Origin: Ramazzottius varieornatus
Taxonomy: Eukaryota > Animalia > Tardigrada
Assembly (NCBI GenBank): GCA_001949185.1
Contig: BDGG01000013.1
Location: 1-64,000 of the forward strand
Direction of reading: 5' to 3'
Length of the DNA stretch: 64,000 nucleotides
Shown here: positions 37,418-50,541 of the stretch, one piece after another
How the letters are laid out: every line of letters begins with the position of its first letter
Position numbering within the stretch: the first letter of the stretch is position 1
Program-made: the position numbers and the translations under genes
Notes under the pieces: generated by a model
The model's database searches: none
The model's input: only the letters and a program-made list of their open reading frames with translations
What the model was told of the DNA's origin: nothing

Positions 37418-39453
37418 CGTGAAACCTTCGACCAACTATCGGCTGTGGAAACTAACAGGCAGTCTCGCAGCACCAGAAAAGAATGGGCAGCAGTCATAAA
37501 GTCAATGTCAGGAGCGGTCTCATCGATCACCAAGTCGGCTTAGCCCTTCCCCCAAAATGATTCAGTCAGCATCCGACTGTGATGAATCAGCTTGCAAGTT
37601 GCAACCATCACACCTCCTGCATCACATTCCCGACTACAGTAACGTTCTATAACCAAGAAAACAAAGATGAAAGAATAACTCTCCACACGATCGACAAACA
37701 CAAAACAAACTCTGCCTACCATCTGACGTGAATCTCCTTCGAGCTCTGTACAGCTGCCACTTTGTCACGGTTTACAATGTGTCTTTCACGTGTGAAGTTA
37801 CAAGCGCCAGCCGCGTATACCTGTAAGAGAGGAGATAAGGCGATAGGTAAGTTGTACGTCGACGACGAGACACAAGCTCGATGTTTCCGGTCGACCATTT
37901 GCAGCCATGCATTGGTAAGACTCGTAGTTGTAACTCCGTCCGTTCCGCGGTCTACTGACTCACCGTAAAACATAGCATCAACGCTCCATTGACCCACTAG
38001 CTTCCTCGGACTACCAGCTCTTCTTCGTCTGCAACAAAGCAAAACAAGAACCTATTATCATCGTGACAGCATGTAATTATCTCGTTAGTGAATCGTCTGC
38101 GAAATCTCCAGCTGCGTGATCGCAAGTCGCGACCAGCGGCTAGCTGACTTTTACGTGTCCCATTTGCGCCCTCACTCCTTATGACCGAGGCCTCCACCAT
38201 TTCGATCAAATATTAGCGTCATGGCTGGCCATGATGGTAACTCATTGTCCACATCAGCTCCTGGTGCTTGATGCACACCAGCACTCACTTGATCCTGCGC
38301 GGACTTAGGATCAAAACAAACCTGGCACATGGTCTTGCAGCCGTTTGTCAAACACTGTCCACCACGTGGTCTATGCCGTGTGCGTTGAACGTTTTGCGCA
38401 GACGACGTACAATTGCTGGCCGTGTACGTCAAAAACAGGTGGAAGAAATCTTTCGCCTAGTTTGTAACCTGGCTGAAACAAATTCTTTTCACAGATATTC
38501 CTATTGCAAATCATGGTTCACCATATTCCAATGCGACTTCAAATATTTCCAAAACCGTTATGCTGAAAATAGTCTCATTCTCCACGAAATTTGCGATGAT
38601 TGGAAATATTGCGGATGGGAAACTGGCTTCTGTGACGCGGCGTAGCTAGAATCGTGATTGGCGGTTGCTGTGAGTAGAGGGCGGTCTGTGTGTGCTGGCA
38701 GCGTCATCCATTCTGCCGGAAAACTTTGCAGCAGCCAGATGAAACAGAAGTCTTTGAGCTCTGAAGACCGTCTGCATTCGTCTTATCGCCATTTTGACCT
38801 CATACGCTGATGCGTGCGCATTGCTCATACCACCGCATGATACCGTAGTGCGGTTGGTGCGCAATCGAGTGCTTTCCAAGTCGGCAGTATCGGCCCGATA
38901 CCGCAGACAGCGCGCAAGATGAGCTCAATGGCAAAATGTCTGTACCGCAGTTTGGGCGCCACAAATTGCGTTAAAAGTTAAAACGAACAAAAAATCCACC
39001 AGAAATTCGATATCCGTCTATATTTCTCCATTTTTTTGCGACAGAATATCATCCATAAAATCCTTGCACGTATATGATCCCATTTTCCTACCGGACAGGA
39101 GAGTACAGGCAGAACGCTAGCTCAGGTGATCGTCCCGAATCTGCGGTTGGGGTCGGGTGGAATGTGGATGATTTAACTTAGCTGGGTAGAAATCTCCTCA
39201 TCCGTAAGTCGTTTCTCTTAAGTGCTAAATCAATTGTCATAGGTTGTTGAATACGGTCGTGATTGGGTGAGACTATGGCTGGAGTTGGGAGCAGTGTGAT
39301 GAGAGAATCGGAATGTTCCAGGCTGTGTTGTGACGGAGTTAGTGGAGTCTAGCGCGACTGCGCCACTGTTCGCTGGTAAGACGTTCTAATCTCGGTTACC
39401 GTTGCTTCTCAACTTGGTGTAACATAGCTTTATGTTCCAGACTGTAGGTGACA

Positions 39454-42400
39454 ATGTCAGGCGGAACTGGGAATGGAAAAGGGCTGAATGGAGGACAGAA
39501 TGTGTCTGCTTTGGCGACTGCCATTCCGGCTGCTTCCATGCGCAATCTTCCTCCCGGAGCACAAATTAATCAGCTTTTGCTCAACAAAAACAAACACCTC
39601 CAAGCGAATAACGGTTTTGGAAATCTTGCTCCTTCTTCCGGATCGCTAGTGAACGGCAATGTACGTCTTATGAAAGTGTAGAGCCACCTGAAACAATTTT
39701 GAGCAAATTCGGCACATATTGCAGTTGATTGGTGGGGTTGATTGAGTGATTTAACGCTCGGCTTGTGCATTTCGTCCAGCAAATGTATGACGTCACAAAA
39801 TTAGTTCGATGTGATGCCTTGTGACAGCGCTGTTTGGGTTGTGTTTAAACGTCATGCGCTAGTTGGAAGTATTTCTCGCTGAAACAGTTTTTGATATTAC
39901 TGCCCCATTCTTTGGTCCCAACCCGTAATTGTCTCGAACGTGAAACGTGTCTTCTTACATCTGTAGGCTGGAAATCTATCGTCCTCTCCTTTTTCTGTAA
40001 GCGGAGGCTCGGATAGTGGGATAGTGAAGAGGGAATCACCCCCGACAACGACGCTCCCACCTGCCGTTACTGCCCTGCAGAATGGTACTTCCTCGGTTGG
40101 GGATTCAGCCTCGGAAACGGGCTCTGTCTTGAGTGATCCAACTAGAAGAGAACCTTCGACGTCTAGCAGCACAAGTCCGTCGAAATCTTCCGAGCATTCT
40201 GATGGCAGCAAGTCAGGACCAGGCTGGGTACAACCACCGTATCGTCCGTCCAGCACTACCGTCCTGCGCAACACAAACCAACTGGAGTATATCAAGGCCA
40301 AAATGATCAAGGCTATGATCAAGCATCCTCACTCCTGGCCATTCAGGTAAGCTTTCTGCCCATCACTTTTCCATACTTCTCTCTACAAGCGTGAACGCAT
40401 CAGGAGATGGTTAGTTATGTGTTGCATCACGCACCCGCATGCCTCATGCGTGGGTTGACCACATACTGATGGGTAGGCAGGTAGATGACGCTTTGTCTGC
40501 AGCATGCGCGGCACCCACCTACCCACTTTGCTCGTCTGCTCAGTCCCTGCTGATGGGTATGCAGGTAGGTGACGTGTACCCTCCATGTTCGTCACCCACC
40601 TGCATTTCCCAGTACAGTGTCATGGCTCGGCTCGTTAAATACTGGTTTGTAAAAGGTGTACGCTGGACGTCTCCATCGATGTTTGACGGTTTCTGGATCC
40701 ATTTAGGGTACCAGTTGATGCCATCAAGCTGAATATCCTCGATTACCACGACATCATCAAGAACCCGATGGACTTGGGAACCATTAGTAAACGTCTGGAT
40801 TACTACTGGTACTCGAACGCTGTCCAGTGCATTCAGGACTTCAAGGTGATGTTCACCAATTGCTACACGTACAACCAAGCAGGGGAGGACGTGGTCAAGA
40901 TGGCCAACGAGTTGGAGAAGGTATTTCTGGCCAAGCTGGGCCAGCTACCATCCGAAGAGGTAATTTACCAGCGCACTTTATATAAACGCATGAGCGCTAT
41001 ATAAATTGTCCTGTCCGGCTCACAGGTGGAGATCCCGGTCAAGCTTCGGCCAGGCAAAGCCAAGCGCGGTCCTGGACGTCCGGCCGGAAGTGGCAACAAG
41101 AAGACAGTGATAGGCTTCTCGCTTCCAACGAAAACGGCAACCCTGTCGGGCTCTTCCTCGCTTAGCGCGTCTTCCACGACTTCATCCACGGTTGGTCCTT
41201 CCTGAAGCTTTCAGATGTTCTGGTCGAGGTTTTCCAAAGAATGGTTTGATTCGGTTTCAGTTTTTCCCGCTCAGTCCGAGCCTTTCCCTGATGACTTTTA
41301 TTGACTTCGATATCGTATTGTCATGCATCTCCCCTAGTTATCACGCCGAAGTTTCATAGTTACAGTTTTAGCCAGATGGTAGCCTGAAGTTTCCCTAACT
41401 GAGGAAAATACTCGGTGATTGTAGGCTCATCAGAGTATGTTTCGATTGTAGAGTCCGGTGACGGTCAGCGCGACTCCGGCTAGCGCACCTTCACCAGCCA
41501 TCGTCCACTCTGCCAACCGCGCTCCGGTCCGGCCGCCTTCCCAACCTCAGCCGTTCAAGACAGTCGAGATCCCTTCAACCAGCAACCCCAAGCCCAAAGG
41601 CCTGCCTCCCGCACCCGCTCGCAGTAACAACGCTTTACCTCCATCCACGACCAAAACTCCCACCTTCCAGCCTCAACCGCCAAAGACCGTCACGGTTCCA
41701 GCAGTGAAGGTGGAGAAGGTGTCGCCGGTCAAAAAGAAGCCAGGTGAAGTCTTGAAGGAACAGATGGCCTACTGCTATGCCCTGTTGAAGGAGATGCGGG
41801 GTAAGAAGCACGAAGCCTATGCTTGGCCTTTCTATGAACCGGTGGACGCCGTGGCCCTGGGCTTGACTGACTATCATCAGGTAAGGAACAGGTGGGAGAC
41901 CGGCAAACGAAGCCTACAAGATTGGTATGTCCAGTGACGCGCATTTACAATGTTTATGGCTGTACGCGTGCGCCACTGGAAAACTCGACAAGATTGTTTT
42001 CTCAAGTGGCGCACGCTTTCATTGTTGTTGGGTGGAAGCGCGCGCCACTTGAGGTAAAGATCTTGTGCTTTTCGTTTGCCGGCCTCGCAGTTAATGTTTA
42101 GCTTTTGGAACTTTATCGGAACTGAGTTTGGGTGATTTCGTAGAAAATCAAGAAGCCGATGGACCTGAGAACGATGATGACAAGGTTCGACCAGGGACTG
42201 TACCATACTCCTCAACAGTTCGCCGACGATCTGCGCCTCATCTTCTTCAACTGCTATCGATACAACCCCAAAGACACTAAACTACTCAACATGGCATGGA
42301 AATTGCAGGTAAGCAAATTCTCTGAACCGGAAGTCAGCAAGCATTCTGGCTGGACCTTGCATCCACCTGCGTACTGTCGTAACGTGTTGTATGCAGGGAT

Positions 42401-45400
42401 CGCTGTATGCAGGCTCTCTGTTCGCCTGCCGTTCTTTCCAGCGCCTACATACAGGCTTTCCATGCTATATGTATGGCTCGTATGCAGGGGCTCAATTGGT
42501 AATTACCATTGGACGCTTTGGTTTGTCGTAGGATTTCTTCGAGACACGATGGGCCAAATTACCGTACGACCTTCCCTGCACGCCTCGTATGGTGCGCGAA
42601 CAGCAGGGGTTGATGTTGTACGCGCCGAACGACGCCAATGCTCCAACCGACGAAGAGCTCGGTCGGGAGAGCGACCGCTCACCCACCCCACGTGCCGGCA
42701 CTTCCAAGGATTCTTCACCTCCCCTTCGCAAGAAGAAGGAACCGGTGGCCTCGACCAGCAAGAACGCCAGCGCACCTGGCGCCGTTGCTGAACTGCAAGC
42801 CCAGCTAGCGGCTCTTCAAGCTCAAGTTAAAGCCATTGCGGCGGACAAAGCTTCCCAAGCGCCTCCGGGTGAAGCGATGAATGTGGTTCCTGCAGTGACA
42901 TCAGTGCCGTTCCCTAGTCAGGTAAGCAAAGAGTTCTGAGCATTTTCTACGAAGCTGCATACCAGCTGATACAGTGATTGAAAGCTGGTATGAACTGTAT
43001 GCAGGTACTTGAAGGGTTGCTCTTTCACGTACCTGCATACTGGCGTGGTCTGTTGTGGACGGTATCGGTGCTTGTAGGTTGGTGACGAGTACTGTGGAGT
43101 TCGCTACAGTGGTCCAATGGTTGTTTGACAGGTGAGAGGAAGGAAGCCAGGGAAGAAGGCAGAAGCTCCCTCGTCGATACTGGTGACTTTGATGGACCAT
43201 GACGCCAAGAAGGGCGCGTCGACACCACCGGCGGCTGCCAGGTCGCCCAAGAGTAAAACTGTGAAACGAACAGCCTCGCAGGTCGATGACGAGGAACCAT
43301 CATCCTCCACCTCGCCTACGAAAAAGCCCAGGAAACCTCGTACGCCCAAAGAGAAAGCTCCACCACTTCCTCTTCCAAGCCTGGTTGAAAAGGTACATCA
43401 TAGTCCTAAATCGGCCTCTGTTGCGTGATGATGTTATCGCATGCAGCTGTGTACGCAGGTTGCATAATATGATTGCGGTTTTGAGTATGCAGGCGTATGA
43501 TGTGCTTGTTTGTCTGGCTGTCAGCAACCTGCGTACTACCCGCAATAGTACGCGTACGGTGTGATGTTTACAGGTGCCAGAGAAGACTGCAAGTCCACCA
43601 AGTAAGCCTCCTGTTGCTGTCGCCACTCTGTCGCACATTGCGACTCCGGTGACTGCTGCTCCTCCGAGCAGTAGTGGAAGTGGCATGACAGCAACCACTC
43701 TCTCTCCTAAACGCAGCCTTCTGAACGTTCCTCCTGCCCATACGAAAGTGCGGGAGATGAGCTACGAAGAGAAGCAGCAGCTAAGCATTCATATCAACGA
43801 ACTGACGCCTGAGAATTTGGAGAAGGTCGTTCAGATCATCCAGTCCATGGAGCCGCAGTATGCCGAAGCACCGGAAGAACTGGAGATTGACTTTGAGATG
43901 CTCAGACCGACGACGCTGTGCGCGCTAGAAGACTTTATCAACGAAACCAAAGGCATAAAAAAAAACAACCATCAGACCGGTAATCATAGTAGAACAAACA
44001 GATAAAAAGCAAAGCGTGAGCCACTTGAAAAACTCGACAACATGGTTTGCACCGTGGCGCATGTTTCCAGTGTTACTGGCTGGAAGCGTGCGCCACTTGG
44101 AAGAACAGTCCGGTCGAGTATATTTGCCGAGCTCTTGGATGGTAAGGAAATCACGAAAGGTGAAAACTTGTGGAAGGAAGTATAAGAAGGAGAAGAAAAG
44201 AACACAAAATTAAGAAAAACTGAAATTTAAACTTCGGTAATATTTATCGGTAAAGATGGACTGAAGGATCATCGTTCTTACAGGTATTTCCGGAGGAAAT
44301 ACTCTGCCAGTTCCTCCCATGGCACAAGGGCCTCTCCTGCCGCCCGGTGCTGTTTCCCTACCTCAAGTACCGGTCCAGCCGAAAGAGAAGTCTCCAAAGG
44401 GATCACATACAAAAGGCGGACATAGTAAGAAGACGACGGGCGGGAAAGCGTACAGTCAGGCCAGCAGTAGTGGCAGCTCGAGCAGTGATAGCGATTCGAC
44501 CGACAGTGAAAGCGAAGTGGAAGGCGATGTCGTCAAGAAGGCAGGATCTCAGGTACAGTGAATTCTTCCAAGTCATGGAGCTCAGTTTCGCAAAGCTGAA
44601 TACCCAGTCGATACTCGGCCATGTTTAGACATGCTTTGTCATGTTGAAGTAATGTGAGAATTTCATGGTTAAGGGGGAGATTTCACGACGGGTGCGGCGC
44701 AACATGGAAAAGTGTGACAGCGGTGTGCAGAAAGCATAGTTTTCCATATGACGAAAACATGAAATCTGAGAGAGTCTCAGAAAAGAAACTTTGAAAGATA
44801 TGAGAACAGAAATTTTTGGGGGATATCTATGTTGAGTTTTTCTCAGGCAATGGCACAGACGACGTTACTTCCGCCAGTGGGACCTTCAGCTGCCATCAGT
44901 CAAGTTCCGGTCTTCGGTGCAGCACCCCGGATGGCTCCAGTTTTCCCACCAGTGCTAAACCCACCGATGCTTACGCAGCCGGCGTCGACCATTGGTGTCG
45001 GTCTTGCTGGGTTGAGTGCCGTGGCCCAACAGGCTGCGCAGGACCTGACAGCCAGCAAAGGAAGCCTCTTCGGTATCAAGAATGCACCGAAAGATCCCCA
45101 GCCGAAATCTCCACCAGCGGCAGTGCCCGCACTGAAGAACTGGGGCACGGCCTTCGGGAAAGGAGCCAGTCTGGCCAGTGGTGGTGGTAGCTCGACAACG
45201 GTATTTAATGAATCCTTCGAACAGTTCAGGAAACAGGCCAAAGAGAAAGAGGAGAAACAGAAGCAGCTGAGGCAGGCTGAGACGGAGAAGAGACAGCTGA
45301 GGGAACAGGAGCAACGCGAGAAAGCCAAAAAGGAAAGAGCACAAGCAAGGTAAGCACAAGACGAGAATTTACCTGTCTTTCACGTACCTGCATACAGAAT

Positions 45401-46170
45401 GCGCTGTGTCTGACTGGGTTGCCGTATGTAAGTGAATGATGCGGGTCTTCAAACTCAAAGGCTCGACGTAATGATCGGTCACATACTTGCATACCAACTG
45501 CAATGTGCTCATCATGGGTCCTGGTGTGCAGGTATGTGATGTCGATCTGTTATGGGCATTTTAAATGGGGAGTTGATAGAACTACCTCTCACGAACCTGC
45601 GTACAAAACTCTTCGGGTTTTCCGTGACATGTGAGTATTCAGGTCCTTGATGTTCTGCTCTTTTACGTACCTATATACGAAGTCCCCTGTACCCAACATG
45701 GGTCCCGATATGCAGGTGGCTAGAAGTTGTTCCTTTCGGTCAGCTGGCTACTTTCGCGTGCGAGTACTTCCGTCGTAGTGATTGCTTGATGTTTTTGCAG
45801 TGAGAGGGATCAAGAGCTGGAGTTGGAGAAGGCTCGTCGAGCACACTTTGAAGGTGGCCCCAGCATGCCATCCAACGGTTTCGGTTTCCACAACCGCGAC
45901 CGCATTCAAGCGCTGTCCACCAACTCACCCAACGCAGCCTACCAAGCTTCTCCCACTTCCTCCATGTCACCAGCCAGCTCCATTCCTCTCTCGCCGGCCA
46001 GCCAAGTGGCCTCTCCACCCGAAGCCAGCGGTGGCGCCAACCCGCAGTCGGAACGCGACAAGCAGCGCCAACGGGAAGCTGAACGACGAAGAAGAGCCGC
46101 CACCGCCGGACGAATCGACCTGACGCACCAGCACGACTTGATGTCCACCTTCGAACATCAAATGTACTGA
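39454..46170 (+). CDS. BRD4: BET-family double-bromodomain protein (BRD4/fs(1)h long-form-like)
   Basis: BD1 ([30 protein letters not shown]), BD2 ([20 protein letters not shown]), ET domain ([22 protein letters not shown]), Ser/Asp/Glu tract, C-terminal motif [20 protein letters not shown]. Confidence 0.93.
41893..42090. repeat. GTGGCGCAC-cassette element, 2 units, BET intron
   Basis: GGGAGACCGGCAAAC / GTTTGCCGGCCTC outer arms; AAGTGGCGCAC-N25-GCGCGCCACTT. Confidence 0.75.
44010..44136. repeat. GTGGCGCAC-cassette element, 1.5 units, BET intron
   Basis: GTGGCGCAT-N25-GTGCGCCACTT with the spacer in reverse orientation, flanked by ACTCGAC / GTCGAGT. Confidence 0.7.
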
Positions 46171-46745
46171 ACGAACTCGAGAAGAACCACTAAATATGTC
46201 ATTAGTGTATTATCAAAAATAATAGCTGCCTTTCTTTCTTTCGTTTTCTATCCTGGTTCTTGTTCTGACTACCTTAACGATACAACGGTCGTGTGTACAG
46301 TCAGTGTGTCCTGCTTGCTATTTATAAGGGAAGATGAAGAAGGAAGCACATACACTCACCTACAAAGACAACAGAGAGACATTTACTAGTTTTATCCCTT
46401 CAAGAATATTCTTCATACAGTTTATGATTGTGGACATTATTCGCACTGTGTTTTGTGTTTATTGTTGTTTATTCGAGAATGATATTATATATTTGTATTT
46501 ATATCGGAAACCTGTGCTGTATTGTACTAAAGAGGCCTTTGAGTGGATGGGTTGTCGGAGAAGAATGCGATCAGAAGGAAAAACGGACGACTCCGTCTTC
46601 GACTTCCGCTCACTGGCCCGCTCTGTGTTCATGTCTTTGCTTTTAAACCAAAAACTTCTGTCTCCCTGTTCTTTGCATTATGTTTATTGTCATCATCTGC
46701 AATTTTGATAAATTAAACTCAGTTCTCCGCCGACTTTGGCCATAT

Positions 46746-46869
46746 GGGGGAGCTCCGGCAGTCAAACTCGGCCAGACCGTGCAAGTAAGTGGCGCATGCT
46801 TCGAATAATATCACCAGAATGTGCATCACTTGGGAGAATAATCTGGTCGAGTTCGCTTGGCGAGCTCCT
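46746..46869. repeat. GTGGCGCAC-cassette element, single unit with complete outer arms
   Basis: AT|GGGGGAGCTCCGGC...AACTCGGCCAGAC ... ATCTGGTCGAGTT...GAGCTCCT|AT. Confidence 0.7.
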
Positions 46870-48155
46870 ATACTGAACCTACCGGCGCGGTCTGTAGGTA
46901 TGCTTTGGCCGTAAACAACGAAAGCGACCAGGGGATATTATCGGGTGCTGTGGCGGTTAAGTGCGAGGGCGGTATTTCGGTAATGGCCCCAGCAGTAGTA
47001 CGACAAGGATGTCACCGAATGAGCTACTACCTCCTGTCTCGACTACAGTGATGCTAACTGTACTGGTCCGCTGTACACGCAGGACGAGGAATTATGGGGT
47101 CAGTAAAAAATTATTATGGTACAGGCCTTTGCTACGGCGGTACTGGAGCACGTACGTACTCGACCGATTCACAGTAATATATTTTTCGACACTTTTCTAC
47201 GGTCGAATTTCCATTCTCCGTCTTTTCCATCTGTCCCATAATTTTGACTGTACCATAATTCCTCGTCTTGCGTGTACGAGTACAACAAATCATGTCTAAC
47301 TGTTACCCGCTCAAAATCATCGTTTAACCACAATGCCGGCCATCAATGTCGCGTGACCAATGTGTTAACTGACTTTCATATCAGCTAGCAATGTGGTTGA
47401 CTGACGTACACATCGTTTGCTTACATTCCCGAGGGTGCAGAAGGTTAATTAGTTGTTGGGTCATATCCATTCCTTTCGGTGCATCTCAGTAGCCGTGACG
47501 CTTTTGAACCATGCTATTTGACGCAGAATGTCTTTTTCAAAGATCCTGAAAGGTGTTAGTAAGAGCCGTTGGGTGTTTTGATGTATTTCATGAAGCGATA
47601 TATCGTTCGGTTAATACTGTTGTTGGTCGAGCATCGTGCAAAACGGTATTGCGGACAGTCAATAATTACCGGTATTGTGGTCTGTTGATATTTAAAGTTG
47701 GTCAAAGTGTTAGTTAATATTTGCCCAAGCGATATCCCGCTATAGTACCGGTCTAACTACGGCATGTTACTTTGTTTTGAAGTTAACGTATCCGGCATGT
47801 ATCCTATAACTCCTCTCGCATCTGTTGCAAATCCTACAAATATAGTCAGGGATCCTGTCTGGTTTGTTTCGTCGCTGACCGAACTACGAATCGCTTTCCG
47901 ACGCACTCACACGTGCTGCTTATATAACTACGCAGAGCAATTTGCACTTACCAACCATCAAGCTTAAGTCCATCGAAACTTATTATGCGAAAGTTCCAGT
48001 TTGGGATGGACGAAGAAATGCCAGTAACAGTATGCACCGTCGCTAGGGAAGACCACTTTGGACTCAAGTGGTCCAGTCTCTGTCAGCAGTGTCTGCTATG
48101 CACATATCCCTTCACTTTTTCGCGATTCCAACCACGTCTGTTGTTTCTTACCGTC

Positions 48156-49724
48156 ATGGAGAAGGTTAAGGTTGGCGATGAGGATGACGCTCAAGTGCGT
48201 ATTCGTTCTCGACTGCACGCCCACATTTACAAGTGGACACGGCACTGGTCCTTCAGCGGTTCCATCATGTTCTGCATTCTGGTCAACGCCATCACCTTGG
48301 CCATCGAAATGGACGAGTCCCTGCCAGCCGACGTCCTCGCCGCTCTCAAGGCTCTGGACAACGCCTTCCTGGCCGTCTACACCTTGGAGTTCCTGGTCAA
48401 GATGTACGTCAGTCCCACGGCCTACTTCACCAACGGCTTCAACATTTTCGACTTTATCGTCCTTGTTCTCTCCTGGGTGGATTTGATCATGTCGCTGATC
48501 TCCAGTAGGGCCAGCTCGTCGCAGCTAGCCGGCTTCCGCGTCCTCAGGATCTTACGGACGTTAAGGGCCTTGAGGACCATCTCCTTTGTACCGGCTATGC
48601 AGGTTATCGTCACGGCTCTGATGACGACCATCCGCCACTACATGCTGAACCTAATGGTCGTCCTCTTCTTGCTCATGTTCATCTTTGGTGTCATGGCCTA
48701 TTATCTTTACGGAGCCACCTCCACAAAGTTCGCTACTCTGGGCCAGTCCATGTTGGCGCTATCCACTATGGTCACCAGCGATAGTTGGACCGAGGTCGAA
48801 ATGGAAGTCGATGGCGTCTCTGGAGCCAGGTCAGAAATACATGCCACGCCTGCCAGTTGGTCAATTGTCCTATCCATACATGGCAGACCGCCAAACGACC
48901 TCGATCAGATGGGTTTTCAAATGGCGCACGTTTCTAGCTGATACCAGTAGCAACTTGCGGCGCTTTGGAGAACAATCAAACTCCGCAAGATTTTTTCTCT
49001 TGAGTGGCGCACGCTTTCACTGTTAATGGCCGGAAGCGTGCGCCACTTCACAAAAGCCATCTCGTCGAGTCTGTTGGCAGAGCTCCCATATAAAATTCAC
49101 CATACCAGTTGGACCAAGAAAATAGTGTCGAGGCGCGTCATAGCGTATACTGCTTGATACTGATTTCTTTTATACTTTGATCTGTGTCGCAGGTGGTTTT
49201 GCTTGGCTTTCATCGTGATCGGAAGTTACGTGTACGTCAACGTTTTCGTCTCAGTCGTCATCGTCAACATGAACAATGCCACACAGGCTTACATCGATGC
49301 CGACCGGGCTCAACGGCGGCAGATTGTGGCTGAAAAGACCATCACTATGAATCACAAGCAGAAGGAGGAAGCGGCCAGCTTCCGCCTCTTCTTGGAACAG
49401 GATCAACGGGCCAAGTTCGCCCATTACGAAGAGCTCTTGCAGTCGGTCAACACTCTCCTCAACACGACGGATAAGCCCGATGAGGAAATTCTTTGTGGAG
49501 ACACGAGCCTCAATCTGCTCTTTGTGCAACGATATCTGAGTGCACTTGATCAGATTGATAATGAAACCTATATGCAGAGGAATCTTTATCGTGAACTGGG
49601 TAATATTTTTGCCTTAGTTATTGAAAAGAGACTGGAAAATAATGGTGAAGGCGAAGACCTAATGAGGGAACGGGAACAAAGTCGGCAGATGACTCTGACG
49701 TCACAGACTCAACCTGTTATATGA
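48156..49724 (+). CDS. Single-domain 6TM voltage-gated cation channel, CatSper alpha-like (exons 48156-48829, 49193-49724)
   Basis: S1-S3 (ILVNAITLAIE, YTLEFLVK, FNIFDFIV), S4 FRVLRILRTLRALR, pore T-S-D-S-W, S6 NVFVSVVIVNM and a helical C-terminus. The intron splices in phase. Confidence 0.75.
48882..49087. repeat. GTGGCGCAC-cassette element, 2 units, channel-gene intron
   Basis: AGTGGCGCAC-N25-GTGCGCCACTT; right end GTCGAGT...GAGCTCCC|AT. Confidence 0.75.
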
Positions 49725-50541
49725 CCGTCATCTTTTCGTGGTACCTCGGCCAGCGAAACATTAAACGTGTCGATTCCAAGCAGACTTAATACCGATTGAC
49801 AAGACGGATTTGTATTCGTAATCGTATAACTAAGCAAGCCCAGAAATGGAGGAAGACATTTTACAGAAAATGAGAATGTTGAAACGTGTGTTCAGCGTCA
49901 GGCATCCCGCAGTAAATTCTGATCAAGTGGATACAGCACGATTTGACGGCAGCGCACGCAGCAACCACTTATTGCATCTTTGCAAAACGTATATCGACTC
50001 GATTCGAATCGAACCGAAAATTAAAATATATTTTATAGTCTAGTTCAGCATCGGTTGACGACGACGAAGAATAATGTTACCGTGCAAACCCGAGCAACGT
50101 CATTAGAGGGTGCCAGCTCGGAACTGGAACAGGGAAAAGGTTAGGGAAGAGCGGCGGATATGTATACGGTGGCAGGTGGCGCGTAAAGCTGCGGCAACGG
50201 TGAAGTATGTGAAGGTCGGCCTTTACAAAGGTCAGGAGCGGTGGGATGCCACCTGGGGGCGTTCCACTTATGGAGTGGAGCGATTAGGAGCGATAATAGC
50301 GATATATGTATTGATTGTTCGCTTCGGGGTTTTCGCGTGATTATTCGTGACAGATATGGGAAGTCGCTTATTCGCAGTGTCGTCAGACGAATGAAACAAT
50401 CATTGTTGAAAGATTAGATACAGAGAACCGAAAAGTTGTTGTCCAAAGGGAAAAGCTGAAGGCTGAATAGAAATTGATGATAGTGGACGTTGAACGTGAG
50501 TTGGAGCGAGAACTTGGATTTGTTCGAACTCAAGTCCATGA

